Below, one piece after another: positions 10,641 to 20,472 of a stretch of 64,000 nucleotides of DNA; position 1 is the stretch's first letter, and every line of letters starts with the position of its first letter. Origin of the DNA: an uncultured delta proteobacterium. Its GTDB lineage: Bacteria > Desulfobacterota > RBG-13-43-22. The stretch spans positions 1 to 64,000 of the forward strand of contig CAVUPH010000032.1 of the NCBI GenBank assembly GCA_963743305.1, read 5' to 3'. The notes under the pieces were generated by a model, which saw nothing but the letters and a program-made list of their open reading frames with translations, was not told where the DNA came from and ran no database searches. The position numbers were made by a program, and so were the translations under genes.

Positions 10641-11357
10641 ATGAAAAAAGTCATTGCCCTGCTATTTGTTCTCTCGATTATTTTTTCATTTTGTCTGGCC
10701 GAGGCTCAGGATAAGCCCCGCCTCGGTGTGCTGCGGTTCACCAACCAGACCCACGCCGGCTGGTGGCGGGGGAACATGGGCTACGACCTCCAGGACATGC
10801 TGGTCAATGAATTGGCCTCCACCAAGGCCTTCCAGGTGTTAGAACGGAAAGAGATCAATGCCGTTATCGGGGAGCAAGACCTGGGGGCTTCCGGGCGAAT
10901 CGATCCCCGGACCAGGGCCAAGATCGGCAAGATTAAGGGAGCCAAATATCTGGTGGCGGCCACCGTGTCCGCTTACGAGGAGGACACCAAGGGCACCGGC
11001 GGCGGGATCGGCATCATGGGTTTTCGGGTGGGAGGAAAACAGGAAAAGGCCTATATGGCCGTGGACTTGAAAATAATCGACACCGACACCGGGGAAATCG
11101 CCGACAGCCGGACCGTGGAGGCCACCTCGGAATCCAGCGGGTTTACCCTGGGGGCCCACCTCGGTATCTTATCCGGCGACTTGGGGAAATACGAAAAAAC
11201 CCCTACGGGCAAAGCAATCCGGGCCTGCATCATCGAAATCTCTGACTATCTGGTCTGCTCGCTGACCAAGGGAAAAAACGATCCCTGTATGGATGCCTAC
11301 AACAAAAAGGAGTCCAACCGACGGGAAAAGACCAAGGATTCGATCAAACTGGAGTAG
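10641..11357 (+). CDS. CsgG/HfaB family exported protein
   Basis: Signal peptide, FQVLERKEINAVIGEQDL, KIGKIKGAKYLV, VDLKIIDTDTGEI; GGAGG RBS. Confidence 0.85.
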   Translation: MKKVIALLFVLSIIFSFCLAEAQDKPRLGVLRFTNQTHAGWWRGNMGYDLQDMLVNELASTKAFQVLERKEINAVIGEQDLGASGRIDPRTRAKIGKIKGAKYLVAATVSAYEEDTKGTGGGIGIMGFRVGGKQEKAYMAVDLKIIDTDTGEIADSRTVEATSESSGFTLGAHLGILSGDLGKYEKTPTGKAIRACIIEISDYLVCSLTKGKNDPCMDAYNKKESNRREKTKDSIKLE

Positions 11358-11497
11358 GGGAAATAGATCTCGTCCCCCCAATAGTCAACGGAGGCCGTAA
11401 TCGGCAAGGCGTCCCAAATCATTCCGGCAACCGGGGTGTCGTTTAGTCGGGCTTCAAGGGACAGGTCCCCGAGGCGAATCCGAATCCGCTTCTCCAT
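11297..11497 (-). pseudogene. Truncated cyclophilin-like (TM1367/DUF369-type) gene
   Basis: EARLNDTPVAGMIWDALPITASVDYWGDEIYF matches the N-terminal part; similarity ends exactly at the csgG-like stop (11357). Confidence 0.7.
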
Positions 11498-12573
11498 CGT
11501 CTCTTCCTTCCAAGATGTCCGGGTTATGTCCGGCTAAACCCAGGGCCAAACGGGTGTCTCCGATTTCCGCCAGTTCTTTCTTCCAACCCTGCTGGCGAAT
11601 AAAATTCCGGTGGGGTTTAAAGGGCCGGCCTAATCCCTGAGGGGAGTCCCCCGAGAAAGAAATCTTTTCCTTGGGTAGGGCACTCCGGGCTTCGGTCAGA
11701 AAGGTCAAATAGCCGATATCCTCCGGATTAAACCCCATCAGTCGGGTGGTTACCCGGTCGACCATCAGAGGGTTCAACCCCGGCCAAAGCCCAATCCAGG
11801 GAAATGGGATCGCCGTGAACCGGCCCGTCTCCCTCCATCCCTTCGAAACCATCGATAACGGCCAGGTGGGGCGGGATCAAGGCGGATAACTGGAACAGGA
11901 ACAAGTTAAGATTTAAATACCCTTGGTGCAGTTTGACCTTGTCACTTCCCAGAAATCGGGTCCCGAAGAGCCGGGTCAGGTTCTCAAATGAAAAGAGGTC
12001 CCGGATTCTCCCCGGCATCCATTGAGTCAGCCAGTGGAAGGGTCTCCAGAAGACGGCTAAGGAGGAAAGGCGGGGGCTGCGAATCAAGCTCCCGACCAGC
12101 ATATTTTTTATGGCCAAGGTGACCCCTACCGTATCATGGGTTTTGGGAGGGGTGACCGAGATCCGCAGATCACTCCGTAAGATGGTCTGGGCGATGCGGA
12201 AAGGGTGACTGTTGCCGTTCTTATCTTTCAGCGAGACGGTCTCAAAAATGTCCCGGTTCAGATCTACAAATTCTAAATTAGCGTATTCCTTTTTTAGGTC
12301 CAGATAGCCGAAGTTCCGGAATCCCTCGAAGGTATCTCCCAGGGCCGCGCCTTCGGCGATCTTAATGGTGGCTTTGGACCGTTCCTGCAGGAAATCAATG
12401 ACCGCCCGAACCGCGTCAACATGCGTGGCGGCCGGTTGATTCGTGGTAGACACGAAATTGGGTTTGATGACTATTCGATTTCCCAAGGGAAATTCGTCAT
12501 CCAAGGCTTCCAGGGCGGCCCGGATATTCTCATACCGCCCCTGGCCTTGGATTAATCCGATCTTAACAGGCAC
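11454..12573 (-). CDS. DUF362 domain protein, frameshift near 11780
   Basis: IVIKPN, KTHD, AIKNM, IDGFEGMEGDGP; continues in the ORF 11454..11852 frame as NPLMVDRVTTRLMGFNPEDIGYL after an extra G in a GGGG run. Confidence 0.85.
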
Positions 12574-12835
12574 TGTTTTTCCCCCCCTCCCCTCGCAAGT
12601 GGCCCGGGGGAGGTAACATCCCGCTCAAAGTCCAGGTATCCTGTCCCGGACGATAGCCTAAAAGATAAATCCTTTGATCATCGGCCAATACTTTGAAATA
12701 GTGCGTATCTTCTCCATACCAGCGATCCATCATTTTTTCTACCCGGTAGTACTTTCCTCTGATTTGAAAAACCAGCGGTCGTTCCGGGTACCGGTAACCG
12801 GCATAACATTCAACGACAATTTGAATTTCGGACAT
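12563..12835 (-). CDS. Small conserved hypothetical protein (DUF6504-like)
   Basis: VECYAGYRYPERP..F, DRWYG, YFKV.ADD..YLL pattern; overlaps the DUF362 start. Confidence 0.7.
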   Translation of the reverse strand: MSEIQIVVECYAGYRYPERPLVFQIRGKYYRVEKMMDRWYGEDTHYFKVLADDQRIYLLGYRPGQDTWTLSGMLPPPGHLRGEGGKNSAC

Positions 12836-12982
12836 AGGTCTTTGGAAAGGGAAAACCCTTGACTTACCTTTTTAAGTTATGTTAAGGATACAAGGCAACA
12901 TAAAATTGCTTATCTATATTTAACTTATTGAATTAAATACATAATAAGAATAGAATCATTCCCGTCAAGAAAGGAGTATTTT

Positions 12983-14134
12983 ATGTCAATAACCCCCTTT
13001 ATGGAAGTCAACCAGGCTATCGCGGCCATGGGCGGAGATACCTTAAACCAATGCATGCAGTGCGGCCTGTGCGCCGGATTATGCCCCTGGGGACGCGTGG
13101 TGGAAGGCTCCCCTTTCGTGGTCCGCAAGCTGATCCGCATGGGTCAACTGGGCATGGAGGGCTTCGAATCGGATGAGATTTTGTACGCCTGCACGACCTG
13201 CAACCTCTGTGTGCGCAATTGTCCCCGTCAGGTGAAAATCATCGATGTGATCCGTTCCATGCGAGCCATGATCGCCGAAACCGGGGCCATCCCTCAGAAC
13301 CTGCGCCCCATTCTGGGCAGTGTGCACGCCAACGGCAATCCCTGGGCGGAGGACAAAGAGAAACGAATGAACTGGACTCAGGGCCTGGAGGTGCCCACTT
13401 TCGGGCCGGATACGGAATATTTCCTCTTTGTCTGCTGCACCTCGGCCTATGATCAACGAAGCCAGAAGATCGCTCGGGCAATCGTGGAGCTTTTAAAGGC
13501 TGCCGGGGTCAGTTTTGGAATCATCGGCAACGAGGAATCCTGTTGCGGGGAATCGGTCCGCAAGATCGGGGACGAGACCCTTTTTTCCAAACTGGCTGAG
13601 AAGAACATTGCCTTGTATCAAGGAAAAGGGGTAAAGAAAATCATCACCACTTCCCCCCACTGCTTCACTACTTTCACCAAAGATTACAAGGAGCTGGGAG
13701 CAGAATTTGAAGTGCAGCATTATTCCCTCTTCTTGAACCAACTGGTCAAGGAAGGAAAACTGACCCCCAAAAACGCCCTCAATAAAAAAGTAATTTATCA
13801 CGACCCCTGCTACCTGGGCCGGCACAACGAAGTGTTCGAACAACCCCGGGAGCTCATCCAAGCCATCCCCGGCGCGGAATTGGTCGAATTTGGACAAAAT
13901 AGAGGGACCAGCCTCTGCTGCGGCGGGGGCGGAGGCCGCCTATGGATGGAGACCAAGCCCGAACAGCGCTTCTCGGATATAAAAGTGCGGGAGGCCGCTG
14001 AGAAAGGGGCGGATATCTTAGCCACCGCCTGTCCCTACTGCATCTCGCTATTCGAAGACAGCCGCAAGGGCACCGGCCAAGAGGAACAACTGGAAATAAA
14101 GGATATTACCGAACTGCTCCAGGCGGCGCTGTAG
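12983..14134 (+). CDS. HdrD/GlpC-like Fe-S oxidoreductase (2x 4Fe-4S plus 2 CCG domains)
   Basis: CMQCGLCAGLCP, CTTCNLCVRNCP, ESCCG, YHDPCYLGR, CCGGGGG, ATACPYC. Confidence 0.93.
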   Translation: MSITPFMEVNQAIAAMGGDTLNQCMQCGLCAGLCPWGRVVEGSPFVVRKLIRMGQLGMEGFESDEILYACTTCNLCVRNCPRQVKIIDVIRSMRAMIAETGAIPQNLRPILGSVHANGNPWAEDKEKRMNWTQGLEVPTFGPDTEYFLFVCCTSAYDQRSQKIARAIVELLKAAGVSFGIIGNEESCCGESVRKIGDETLFSKLAEKNIALYQGKGVKKIITTSPHCFTTFTKDYKELGAEFEVQHYSLFLNQLVKEGKLTPKNALNKKVIYHDPCYLGRHNEVFEQPRELIQAIPGAELVEFGQNRGTSLCCGGGGGRLWMETKPEQRFSDIKVREAAEKGADILATACPYCISLFEDSRKGTGQEEQLEIKDITELLQAAL

Positions 14135-14145
14135 GCCGAATTCCA

Positions 14146-14195
14146 GCAATAAAAAAGACCAAGTCGGATGGGTCCGATTTGGTCTTTTTTATTGC
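14146..14195. terminator. Bidirectional intrinsic terminator
   Basis: GCAATAAAAAAGACCAAGTCGGA-TGGG-TCCGATTTGGTCTTTTTTATTGC hairpin between convergent genes. Confidence 0.85.
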
Positions 14196-14216
14196 GGTTG
14201 CCGGCGCCCGGACGAT

Positions 14217-14696
14217 TTATTCACAAATTCTTTTGATCTCCTCCCGCGCCAGGGTCCCATCCTGATAAACGCGTTCCTGCACCAGGGAACAGCGATCTTT
14301 TTCATCCTCTTTTAGAACCTGAACCTCCAGACGCTGAAAGCCGTCAGTGGTCAAATAAACCATGGGCGTCTTATTGCGGATAGCCTCTTCGGCAGCGCGC
14401 TGACCGATTTCGCCGACTTTTCCTTTAATCGCCGCTCCGAAGGCGCCGCCCAGGGCCATACCCCGCCAGCTTTTTTCCTGATCCAGCAGGTTCCCGGTAT
14501 CCAGGATGACCCCCGGGGCCTTTGGGGAATGGTCCCCCTCCATTCCGGCGCAGCCGCTGAAAAAAAGGAATGCCCCCAAGAGCAGCGGGACCCAGAGGTG
14601 AGGAACTCGCCGGACGTCCGCCGGGCTGTCAGGGCGCGGAGTGAAACGACTTGGCGAACACCCCCCAAGGCGCCAACTATCTGTTTTTTTGCTCAT
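14217..14696 (-). CDS. Putative lipoprotein with glycine-zipper-like segment
   Basis: Lipobox-like FSGC, WRGMALGGAFGAAI; start uncertain. Confidence 0.65.
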   Translation of the reverse strand: MSKKTDSWRLGGCSPSRFTPRPDSPADVRRVPHLWVPLLLGAFLFFSGCAGMEGDHSPKAPGVILDTGNLLDQEKSWRGMALGGAFGAAIKGKVGEIGQRAAEEAIRNKTPMVYLTTDGFQRLEVQVLKEDEKDRCSLVQERVYQDGTLAREEIKRICE

Positions 14697-14710
14697 TGAA
14701 CCGGTCGGGA

Positions 14711-15379
14711 CTATTGCTTAGGCATCCGGCCTTTCTGCATCTGCTTCATCATATTCTGCATGTCGCCGCCCATACCCATCAATTCCGGCATGCTGTTGAC
14801 TTTTTTGTAGTCCTTGGGCACTTCAAACATGGCCGCCGTGGCCCCGCCCACCTTGATCTCCTTCATTTCACTGACCATCTTACCGCTCCCTCCCGCCTTT
14901 TGCATGGCCTCGACCATGACCTCGGTCCGGATCGGCAATCCTCCCAAATCCTGGGCCTCCCAGATGGTCCCTTTGAATTTCTGGGTGGGGGTATCCTTAT
15001 GATAAAAAGTCATCTCCGACTTAATACAGGGATGCCCGTCCACCGTTTCAGATCCCAGTTTCTTTTTCTCCATGACCACATTGGGATCATAAACGGACGG
15101 GGCCTCGCTCCGCTTTTGTTGAACTTGCTCGTAATAGGTTTTGGTCTGGGGATTGACCATGACCGTCTTATGGGTCGCCCCGTCGGTGACGGTGTAAATA
15201 TCCTGCAGCATTCCCGTTTGGACCCGGCTTTTAAGACCCATTTTAGCCATCGGCATGGCCATGCCGTTGACTACCATCTTGGTGGTGAAGTTGTCCGGCG
15301 GCGCCGCCAAAACGGAACCGCTGAACAGGACGACGATCAAAAAACAAAAAGCCGTTGCCGTGAAAACGTTTTTCTTCAT
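14711..15379 (-). CDS. Exported protein, DUF4412-like
   Basis: Signal peptide from ATG 15379, KKLGSETVDGHPCIK, AMFEVPKDYKKV. Confidence 0.75.
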   Translation of the reverse strand: MKKNVFTATAFCFLIVVLFSGSVLAAPPDNFTTKMVVNGMAMPMAKMGLKSRVQTGMLQDIYTVTDGATHKTVMVNPQTKTYYEQVQQKRSEAPSVYDPNVVMEKKKLGSETVDGHPCIKSEMTFYHKDTPTQKFKGTIWEAQDLGGLPIRTEVMVEAMQKAGGSGKMVSEMKEIKVGGATAAMFEVPKDYKKVNSMPELMGMGGDMQNMMKQMQKGRMPKQ

Positions 15380-15481
15380 AACGGTATTTTCCTCCTTACT
15401 TTTAGTAACCACAAATCTCAATTGTTAAACCCACCTCCCCGGGGCGGGCACCCACGAAGAATGTAAATATCCGGTATTCGG

Positions 15482-15578
15482 GTCATTGCGAGGAGCGAAG
15501 CAACGAAGCAATCCCCGAGTTGGCTTATCACGCTCCCAAAGCACGATCGGGGGATTGCTTCGCTTCGCTCGCCATGAC
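15482..15578. repeat. Palindromic REP/RPE-like element
   Basis: GTCATTGCGAGGAGCGAAGCAACGAAGCAATCCC ... GGGATTGCTTCGCTTCGCTCGCCATGAC imperfect inverted repeat in an intergenic gap. Confidence 0.8.
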
Positions 15579-15709
15579 GATGGGGGGGGAGGCGTGGCTA
15601 TTTTCATATTAAAGGCTAGCCATAGAAACGTTTTTTATATTAGATTCTTACATCCATGGCAAGAGACAAATTCTCAGAACAATGGATGTAAGAATCTACG
15701 TTGATGCCT

Positions 15710-16324
15710 TTAGGGCTGGTTTTGCGGATCCCGGCCCTGTCCGCTTTCGATCCGTTCGCTCAGGGCCTGCCATAATTCACGCTGGCCCTGTTGGCTGCGG
15801 GTGGAAAAAAAAAGCGCCGCCTGTTCCCCCCAATCCATTTGTCGATTTATTGCTTTAGCGGCTTCCCCCCATTTCCCCCGAGTGATTTTATCCGCCTTGG
15901 TGAGCACCACCAAGGGACCCATCCCTAATTTTTTGGCCAAATGGAAAAAAAACTGATCCTCTTCACTGGGCGAACGGCGGATATCCAACAACAACACCAA
16001 AAGAATTATGTTCCGTCGGAATTGCAGATAATCCATCATGGCCTGCTGATAGGCCCGGATGACGGTCTTGGAGGCCTGGGAATACCCGTAGCCCGGTAAA
16101 TCCACGAAGACCAGGTCCTCATTGATCAAGAAAAAATTCAAGGTCTGGGTCTGACCGGGGGTCCGGCTGGTTCGGACTAAATGCTTTCGACCCAGCAAGG
16201 TATTGATCAGGGACGATTTGCCCACATTGGAACGTCCGGCAAAGGCGATCTCCGGATGGGGAAGAAGGGGAAAATCTTCCGCCTTTAGTCCGCTTTTGAG
16301 AAAAACCGCCGAACGGATGATCAT
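15710..16324 (-). CDS. engB: Ribosome biogenesis GTPase YihA/YsxC
   Basis: GRSNVGKSSLIN, TPGQT, DLPGYG, TKADK. Confidence 0.95.
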   Translation of the reverse strand: MIIRSAVFLKSGLKAEDFPLLPHPEIAFAGRSNVGKSSLINTLLGRKHLVRTSRTPGQTQTLNFFLINEDLVFVDLPGYGYSQASKTVIRAYQQAMMDYLQFRRNIILLVLLLDIRRSPSEEDQFFFHLAKKLGMGPLVVLTKADKITRGKWGEAAKAINRQMDWGEQAALFFSTRSQQGQRELWQALSERIESGQGRDPQNQP

Positions 16325-17505
16325 GAAATCTCCAGGTAGCGCTTCTCGCCCACATAATCGGCCAGACGCCGCAGGCCTTCTTCGATTTGCTCCAGGGAAC
16401 TGGCGTAGGTAAAACGCAGGTAGCCTTCACCGCCTGATCCGAAATCAATCCCCGGGGACACCCCGACTTTGGCTTTATGCAGGATATCAAAGGCCAGGCG
16501 ATAGGAATCCGTTTGGAACTTCTTGGCGTTGGCCAGGACATAAAAAGCACCGGTAGGTTCCACTGCCAACCCGAAGCCGATTTCCTTCAGCCGGCGGATC
16601 ATGAACTTTCGGCGGACGTCATAGGTTTCCCGCATTCGAGCCACATCCGCCTGGGCCTGAGTCAAGGCGGCGATCCCGGCCCATTGGGCCATGGCGTTGG
16701 CCGAGATAAAAAAGTTTTGATGGATCTTCTGGAGCGGCCGCACGAAGGCCTTGGGGGCGATCAGGTACCCCAGCCGCCAACCGGTCATGGCGTAGAGCTT
16801 GGAAAACCCGTTAAGGACGAAGGCCCGGTCGGTAAACTCCAGGATGGAATGCTCCTGCCCTTCGTAGACCAGGCCGTGATAGATTTCATCGGAAACGATG
16901 ACGGGAGTGAACCGGGCCAATTCCTCCATTCGGGAGGCTGAAAGCAAGGTGCCCGTGGGGTTGGCCGGGGAATTAATAAAAATCCCCTTGGTTTTGGGTC
17001 CGATCCGTTTCTTCACCTCTTCCGGATAAAACTGAAATCCCTCTTCCTCCCGGACCGGGACCAGGATCGGCTGCCCTTGGGCAAATCGGATAAAATTGGG
17101 ATAACAGGCATAGTGGGGGTTGGAGACAATCACCTCTTCCCCCGGTTCCAGCAGTGCTGAAAAAACCATGAACATGGCCGGTGAAGTGCCGGAAGTCACG
17201 ATCACCTGTTCCGGCGACACTTCCACTCGGTACCGTTGCCGGTAATGGTCGCAGATGGCCTCCCGCAATTCCAGCAACCCCAGACTATGGGTGTAATGGG
17301 TCTTACCTTCCCGGATCGCCCGGATACCGGCTTCCTTGATACACTCCGGGGTATCAAAATCCGGTTCTCCCACTTCCAGATGGATGATCTGTTCGCCCGA
17401 CCTTTCCAGGGCCTGGGCGGCTTCCAGAACATCCATGACGATAAAGGGCGTGATTTCCCGGGCCCGCAGTGAAACCGAATCGGGGGCGGAGTGTTTCGAA
17501 CTCAT
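16321..17505 (-). CDS. Class I PLP-dependent aminotransferase (aspartate aminotransferase-like)
   Basis: GEPDF, NSPANPTG, DEIYHG, FSKLYAMTGWRLG. Confidence 0.93.
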   Translation of the reverse strand: MSSKHSAPDSVSLRAREITPFIVMDVLEAAQALERSGEQIIHLEVGEPDFDTPECIKEAGIRAIREGKTHYTHSLGLLELREAICDHYRQRYRVEVSPEQVIVTSGTSPAMFMVFSALLEPGEEVIVSNPHYACYPNFIRFAQGQPILVPVREEEGFQFYPEEVKKRIGPKTKGIFINSPANPTGTLLSASRMEELARFTPVIVSDEIYHGLVYEGQEHSILEFTDRAFVLNGFSKLYAMTGWRLGYLIAPKAFVRPLQKIHQNFFISANAMAQWAGIAALTQAQADVARMRETYDVRRKFMIRRLKEIGFGLAVEPTGAFYVLANAKKFQTDSYRLAFDILHKAKVGVSPGIDFGSGGEGYLRFTYASSLEQIEEGLRRLADYVGEKRYLEIS

Positions 17506-18275
17506 TCTAATTCCTTCAACCGCTCATTGGCTTTCCTGGCCAGTTCCGAACCGGGGACCAGTTGGACCACCTCCTGGAAGGCCAGTCGGGCCAGCGATTT
17601 TTCGTTCAAACGGACCAGCACTTCCCCGAATTCAAAGTGCCCCGGGGCATAGCGGGGGGCATATTCGATGGCCTTTTTTAAGGCCTCGGCCGCTTGCTTC
17701 CAGTTCTCCACCGCTTTCCAGGTCAGACCCAAACCATAATAGGCCAAGCTATACCGAGGAGATAGTTTCAGGGCCTCGGCGTAATTGGCCCGGGCCTTCT
17801 CATAATCCTTAAGCGCCAAGTAGGCCTGCCCCAAATTATAATAGGCAAACTGCGGGGTGGTATAAACCGGACTTGCGAGCGCCAGGTTGAACTCCCGGAT
17901 GGCCTCCTGGATTTTACCGGTTCTCAAATAGGCGATCCCCAGGTTATTTCGGACCTCGACGTATTTAGGATCCAGGGACAAGGCCTTCTGAAACTGTTCG
18001 GCGGCCTGAACCGCCATGCCCTTCTCCAAATAAACCACCCCCAGAAGATTATGGATCCGCGGCTCCTCCGGATCCAATTCCGCGGCTTTCAACAGTTCCC
18101 CCAGGGCCTGGGTGGGCTTGCCTTCCTGAATCAGGGAATCCCCCAGACGCATATGGCTCACGGCATCTTCTTTTCGCTGGGGAGAGCTCTGGCAACCTAA
18201 ACAGAGCACTCCGACCAGCAACAAAAGCATCCCGCCGGACCAGCCGCTGCGGATCTTCTTCATCGCCTTCGACAT
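17502..18275 (-). CDS. TPR lipoprotein (PilF/PilW/Tgl pilotin-like)
   Basis: Lipobox LGC, several TPR repeats, NNLG and YTTP..A.YNLG motifs; start approximate. Confidence 0.8.
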   Translation of the reverse strand: MSKAMKKIRSGWSGGMLLLLVGVLCLGCQSSPQRKEDAVSHMRLGDSLIQEGKPTQALGELLKAAELDPEEPRIHNLLGVVYLEKGMAVQAAEQFQKALSLDPKYVEVRNNLGIAYLRTGKIQEAIREFNLALASPVYTTPQFAYYNLGQAYLALKDYEKARANYAEALKLSPRYSLAYYGLGLTWKAVENWKQAAEALKKAIEYAPRYAPGHFEFGEVLVRLNEKSLARLAFQEVVQLVPGSELARKANERLKELE

Positions 18276-18301
18276 CGTATTATTCTTTTTAAAAAGCAGG
18301 A

Positions 18302-19178
18302 TCAAATCACTTTGTTCAGGGGGTACTCGATGATCCCCTGGGCCCCTCTTTTGATCAATACCGGAATCAATTCCCGCACCCGCGCCTCCTCGACCACCGT
18401 TTCCACGGAAAACCAGTCGGACTGATACAAATTGGCGACGGTCGGAGCATTCAAACTCGGCAATTGTTGAACCACCTCTTTAAGTTTTTCTTTGGGGACA
18501 TTCATCTTGATGCCCACCATCTTCTCGGCCCGCATGGCCCCCTGAAGCAGGAGGACAACCTGTTTGACTTTTTCCTTTTTCCAGGGATCCTTCCAGGAGT
18601 CCCGGTTGGCAATCACCTGGGTATTGGATTGCATCAATTCCTCGATGATTTTCAAACCATGGGCGTGAATGGTGCTCCCGGTTTCGGTGACTTCCACCAC
18701 GGCATCGGCCAATCCCGAGGCGATCTTGGCCTCCGTGGCCCCCCAGGAAAATTCCACCCGCACCGGAATTTCCCGCTCGGCAAAGTAACGCCGGGTGAAG
18801 TTGACCAATTCCGTGGCGATTTTTTTCCCCCGCAGGTCCTCCGGTTTTTTATATTTGGAATCATTGGCCACCGCCAGCACCCAACGGGCCGGACGCTGGC
18901 TGACCTTGGAATACACCAGAGTCGGCGACCATTTTGACCTTGGAGTTGTTTTCCAGGGTCCAATCCCTCCCGGTCAAGCCCACGTCCAAGGTCCCGCTCT
19001 CCACGTACCGGGACATTTCCTGGGCCCGGCAAATGGAACATTGAATTTCCTCGTCGTCTATTTCCGGAAAATAATTCCGGCTGTTCACATCGATCTTCCA
19101 GCCGGACTTTCGGAACAGTTTGATGGTCGCCTCCTGGAGACTCCCTTTCGGAATACCTAATTTTAACAAGGGCTTCAC
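18302..19178 (-). CDS. hisG: ATP phosphoribosyltransferase, long form; frameshift near 18920
   Basis: [23 protein letters not shown] (ORF 18861..19178) joins [21 protein letters not shown] and the regulatory C-terminal domain (ORF 18302..18916). Confidence 0.93.
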
Positions 19179-19561
19179 TTTTTATAAACCTCCCCGGGAT
19201 CAAAGGCCTGCTCCCCTCGCACTTCCAGGCTGCCGTCAGACTGCACCTGCTGAAAAAAACAGCTCCGATATCCGGTATGACAGGCCCCACCCCCTCGTTG
19301 TTCCACTTTTAGCAAGATGGTGTCGTGGTCGCAATCGATCCAGATTTCTTTAACTTCCTGGACATGACCGGAAGTGCCCCCCTTCAACCAGAGTTCATTC
19401 CGGCTCCGGCTCCAGTAATGGGCCTTCCGGGTCTCCAGGGTCTTTTCCCAGGCTGTGGCATTCATAAAAGCCAGCATCAAGACCTGGCCGGTCTGCCAAT
19501 CCTGGGCGATGGCCGGCAGAAGACCGCGGCCTTTCTCAAAATCCGGTTTCTTTATTTCCAA
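19175..19561 (-). CDS. hisI: Phosphoribosyl-AMP cyclohydrolase
   Basis: [31 protein letters not shown]. Confidence 0.95.
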   Translation of the reverse strand: MEIKKPDFEKGRGLLPAIAQDWQTGQVLMLAFMNATAWEKTLETRKAHYWSRSRNELWLKGGTSGHVQEVKEIWIDCDHDTILLKVEQRGGGACHTGYRSCFFQQVQSDGSLEVRGEQAFDPGEVYKK

Positions 19562-19690
19562 AATTTCCTCTTCAGCCTACCGAGACAATGAAGATCTTTA
19601 CGACCCGAATTGATTATTATAACTTATATTTATAAATAAAGTCAACCTAGCTCAAAAAAAGTTAAAAATTAGCGGAAAGGATTTAGCGGT

Positions 19691-19790
19691 CAAGAGGATC
19701 AGGTTGATTTTAGCCTTGGCCCCCGGAGGAGATCATCCGACAGGACCGGCCAATTGCCGGGAATCGTTGATCCCCGACAACTCATGGTCA
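19691..19790 (-). pseudogene. Degenerate internal fragment of rlmN
   Basis: Aligns in register with 27501-27590; translates LSGINDSRQLA..*..GAKAKINLI versus LEGINDSLQSA....GVKAKINLI. Confidence 0.75.
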
Positions 19791-19829
19791 CAAATGCCGG
19801 CCTGATTCAATTTAATTCGGTGAAAATTC

Positions 19830-19891
19830 AATCAGTTCGTGTTGAGCCAGAGCCGGCTCTTTCGGCGATTGGGTCCAACGACTCGTTACCC
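19830..19891 (-). mobile_element. attC-like site 4 (degenerate R')
   Basis: GGGTAAC-GAGTC-GTTGGACCCA...TGGCTCAAC hairpin; R'' overlaps the stop codon of the upstream toxin relic. Confidence 0.65.
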
Positions 19892-20090
19892 GGTTTCTTT
19901 TTGAAGGTCCTCTAGCAATTGTGCGCTATGCCGAGCACCAATATTCCCTACCGTTTAATCTTTCACCTTATAGAAAAACCGATATGTTCCACTGTCACCT
20001 CACGAAATGGCAGATCCGAAAACTCGGGAATAGGCCAGCTTAATTCCGGGAAGTCCTTAAATTGGAAATTCAACCTTTTCAGAACTCGGA
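19886..20090 (-). pseudogene. Decayed RelE/ParE toxin gene
   Basis: FPELSWPIPEFSDLPFREV, then after a frameshift YRFFYKVKD*TV...HSAQLLEDLQKETG*. Confidence 0.7.
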
Positions 20091-20472
20091 CCGGTTTCTC
20101 TTACCAGCAAATCCGGGACTTGATCCTGAGATCGATATTGTCAATAATAAAGATTTAAACCGCTTTACATTCGTTCCTATTCTTTTCTTTTATACGCTTT
20201 GAAAAGGGGAACCATCTCAGCCGGACTCCATAAAATTCCTTACATCGCCACCTTGCCTCCAGAAATAAATGGTTACAGTTATTCTTACCCCGGGCCGAAG
20301 AAGCCATCAGGAAATACTTTATTCAAAGATGGTTAATGATGATTTAGCAATAAGTCCATCAGCGCGTGGCTGTCGTTCCGATTCAATGCGAATAATGAAG
20401 TGGGGGCGGGATGATCGACACGCACAGGACGCCTGGCGAGAATTTCCTGAAAAAACAGCGGGTAGCATATTG

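Noticed and set aside
18861-19178. Split hisG as a programmed frameshift or two-gene enzyme
   Set aside because: No slippery sequence; removing one base restores VADLVYSK; same pattern as the other probable sequencing indels
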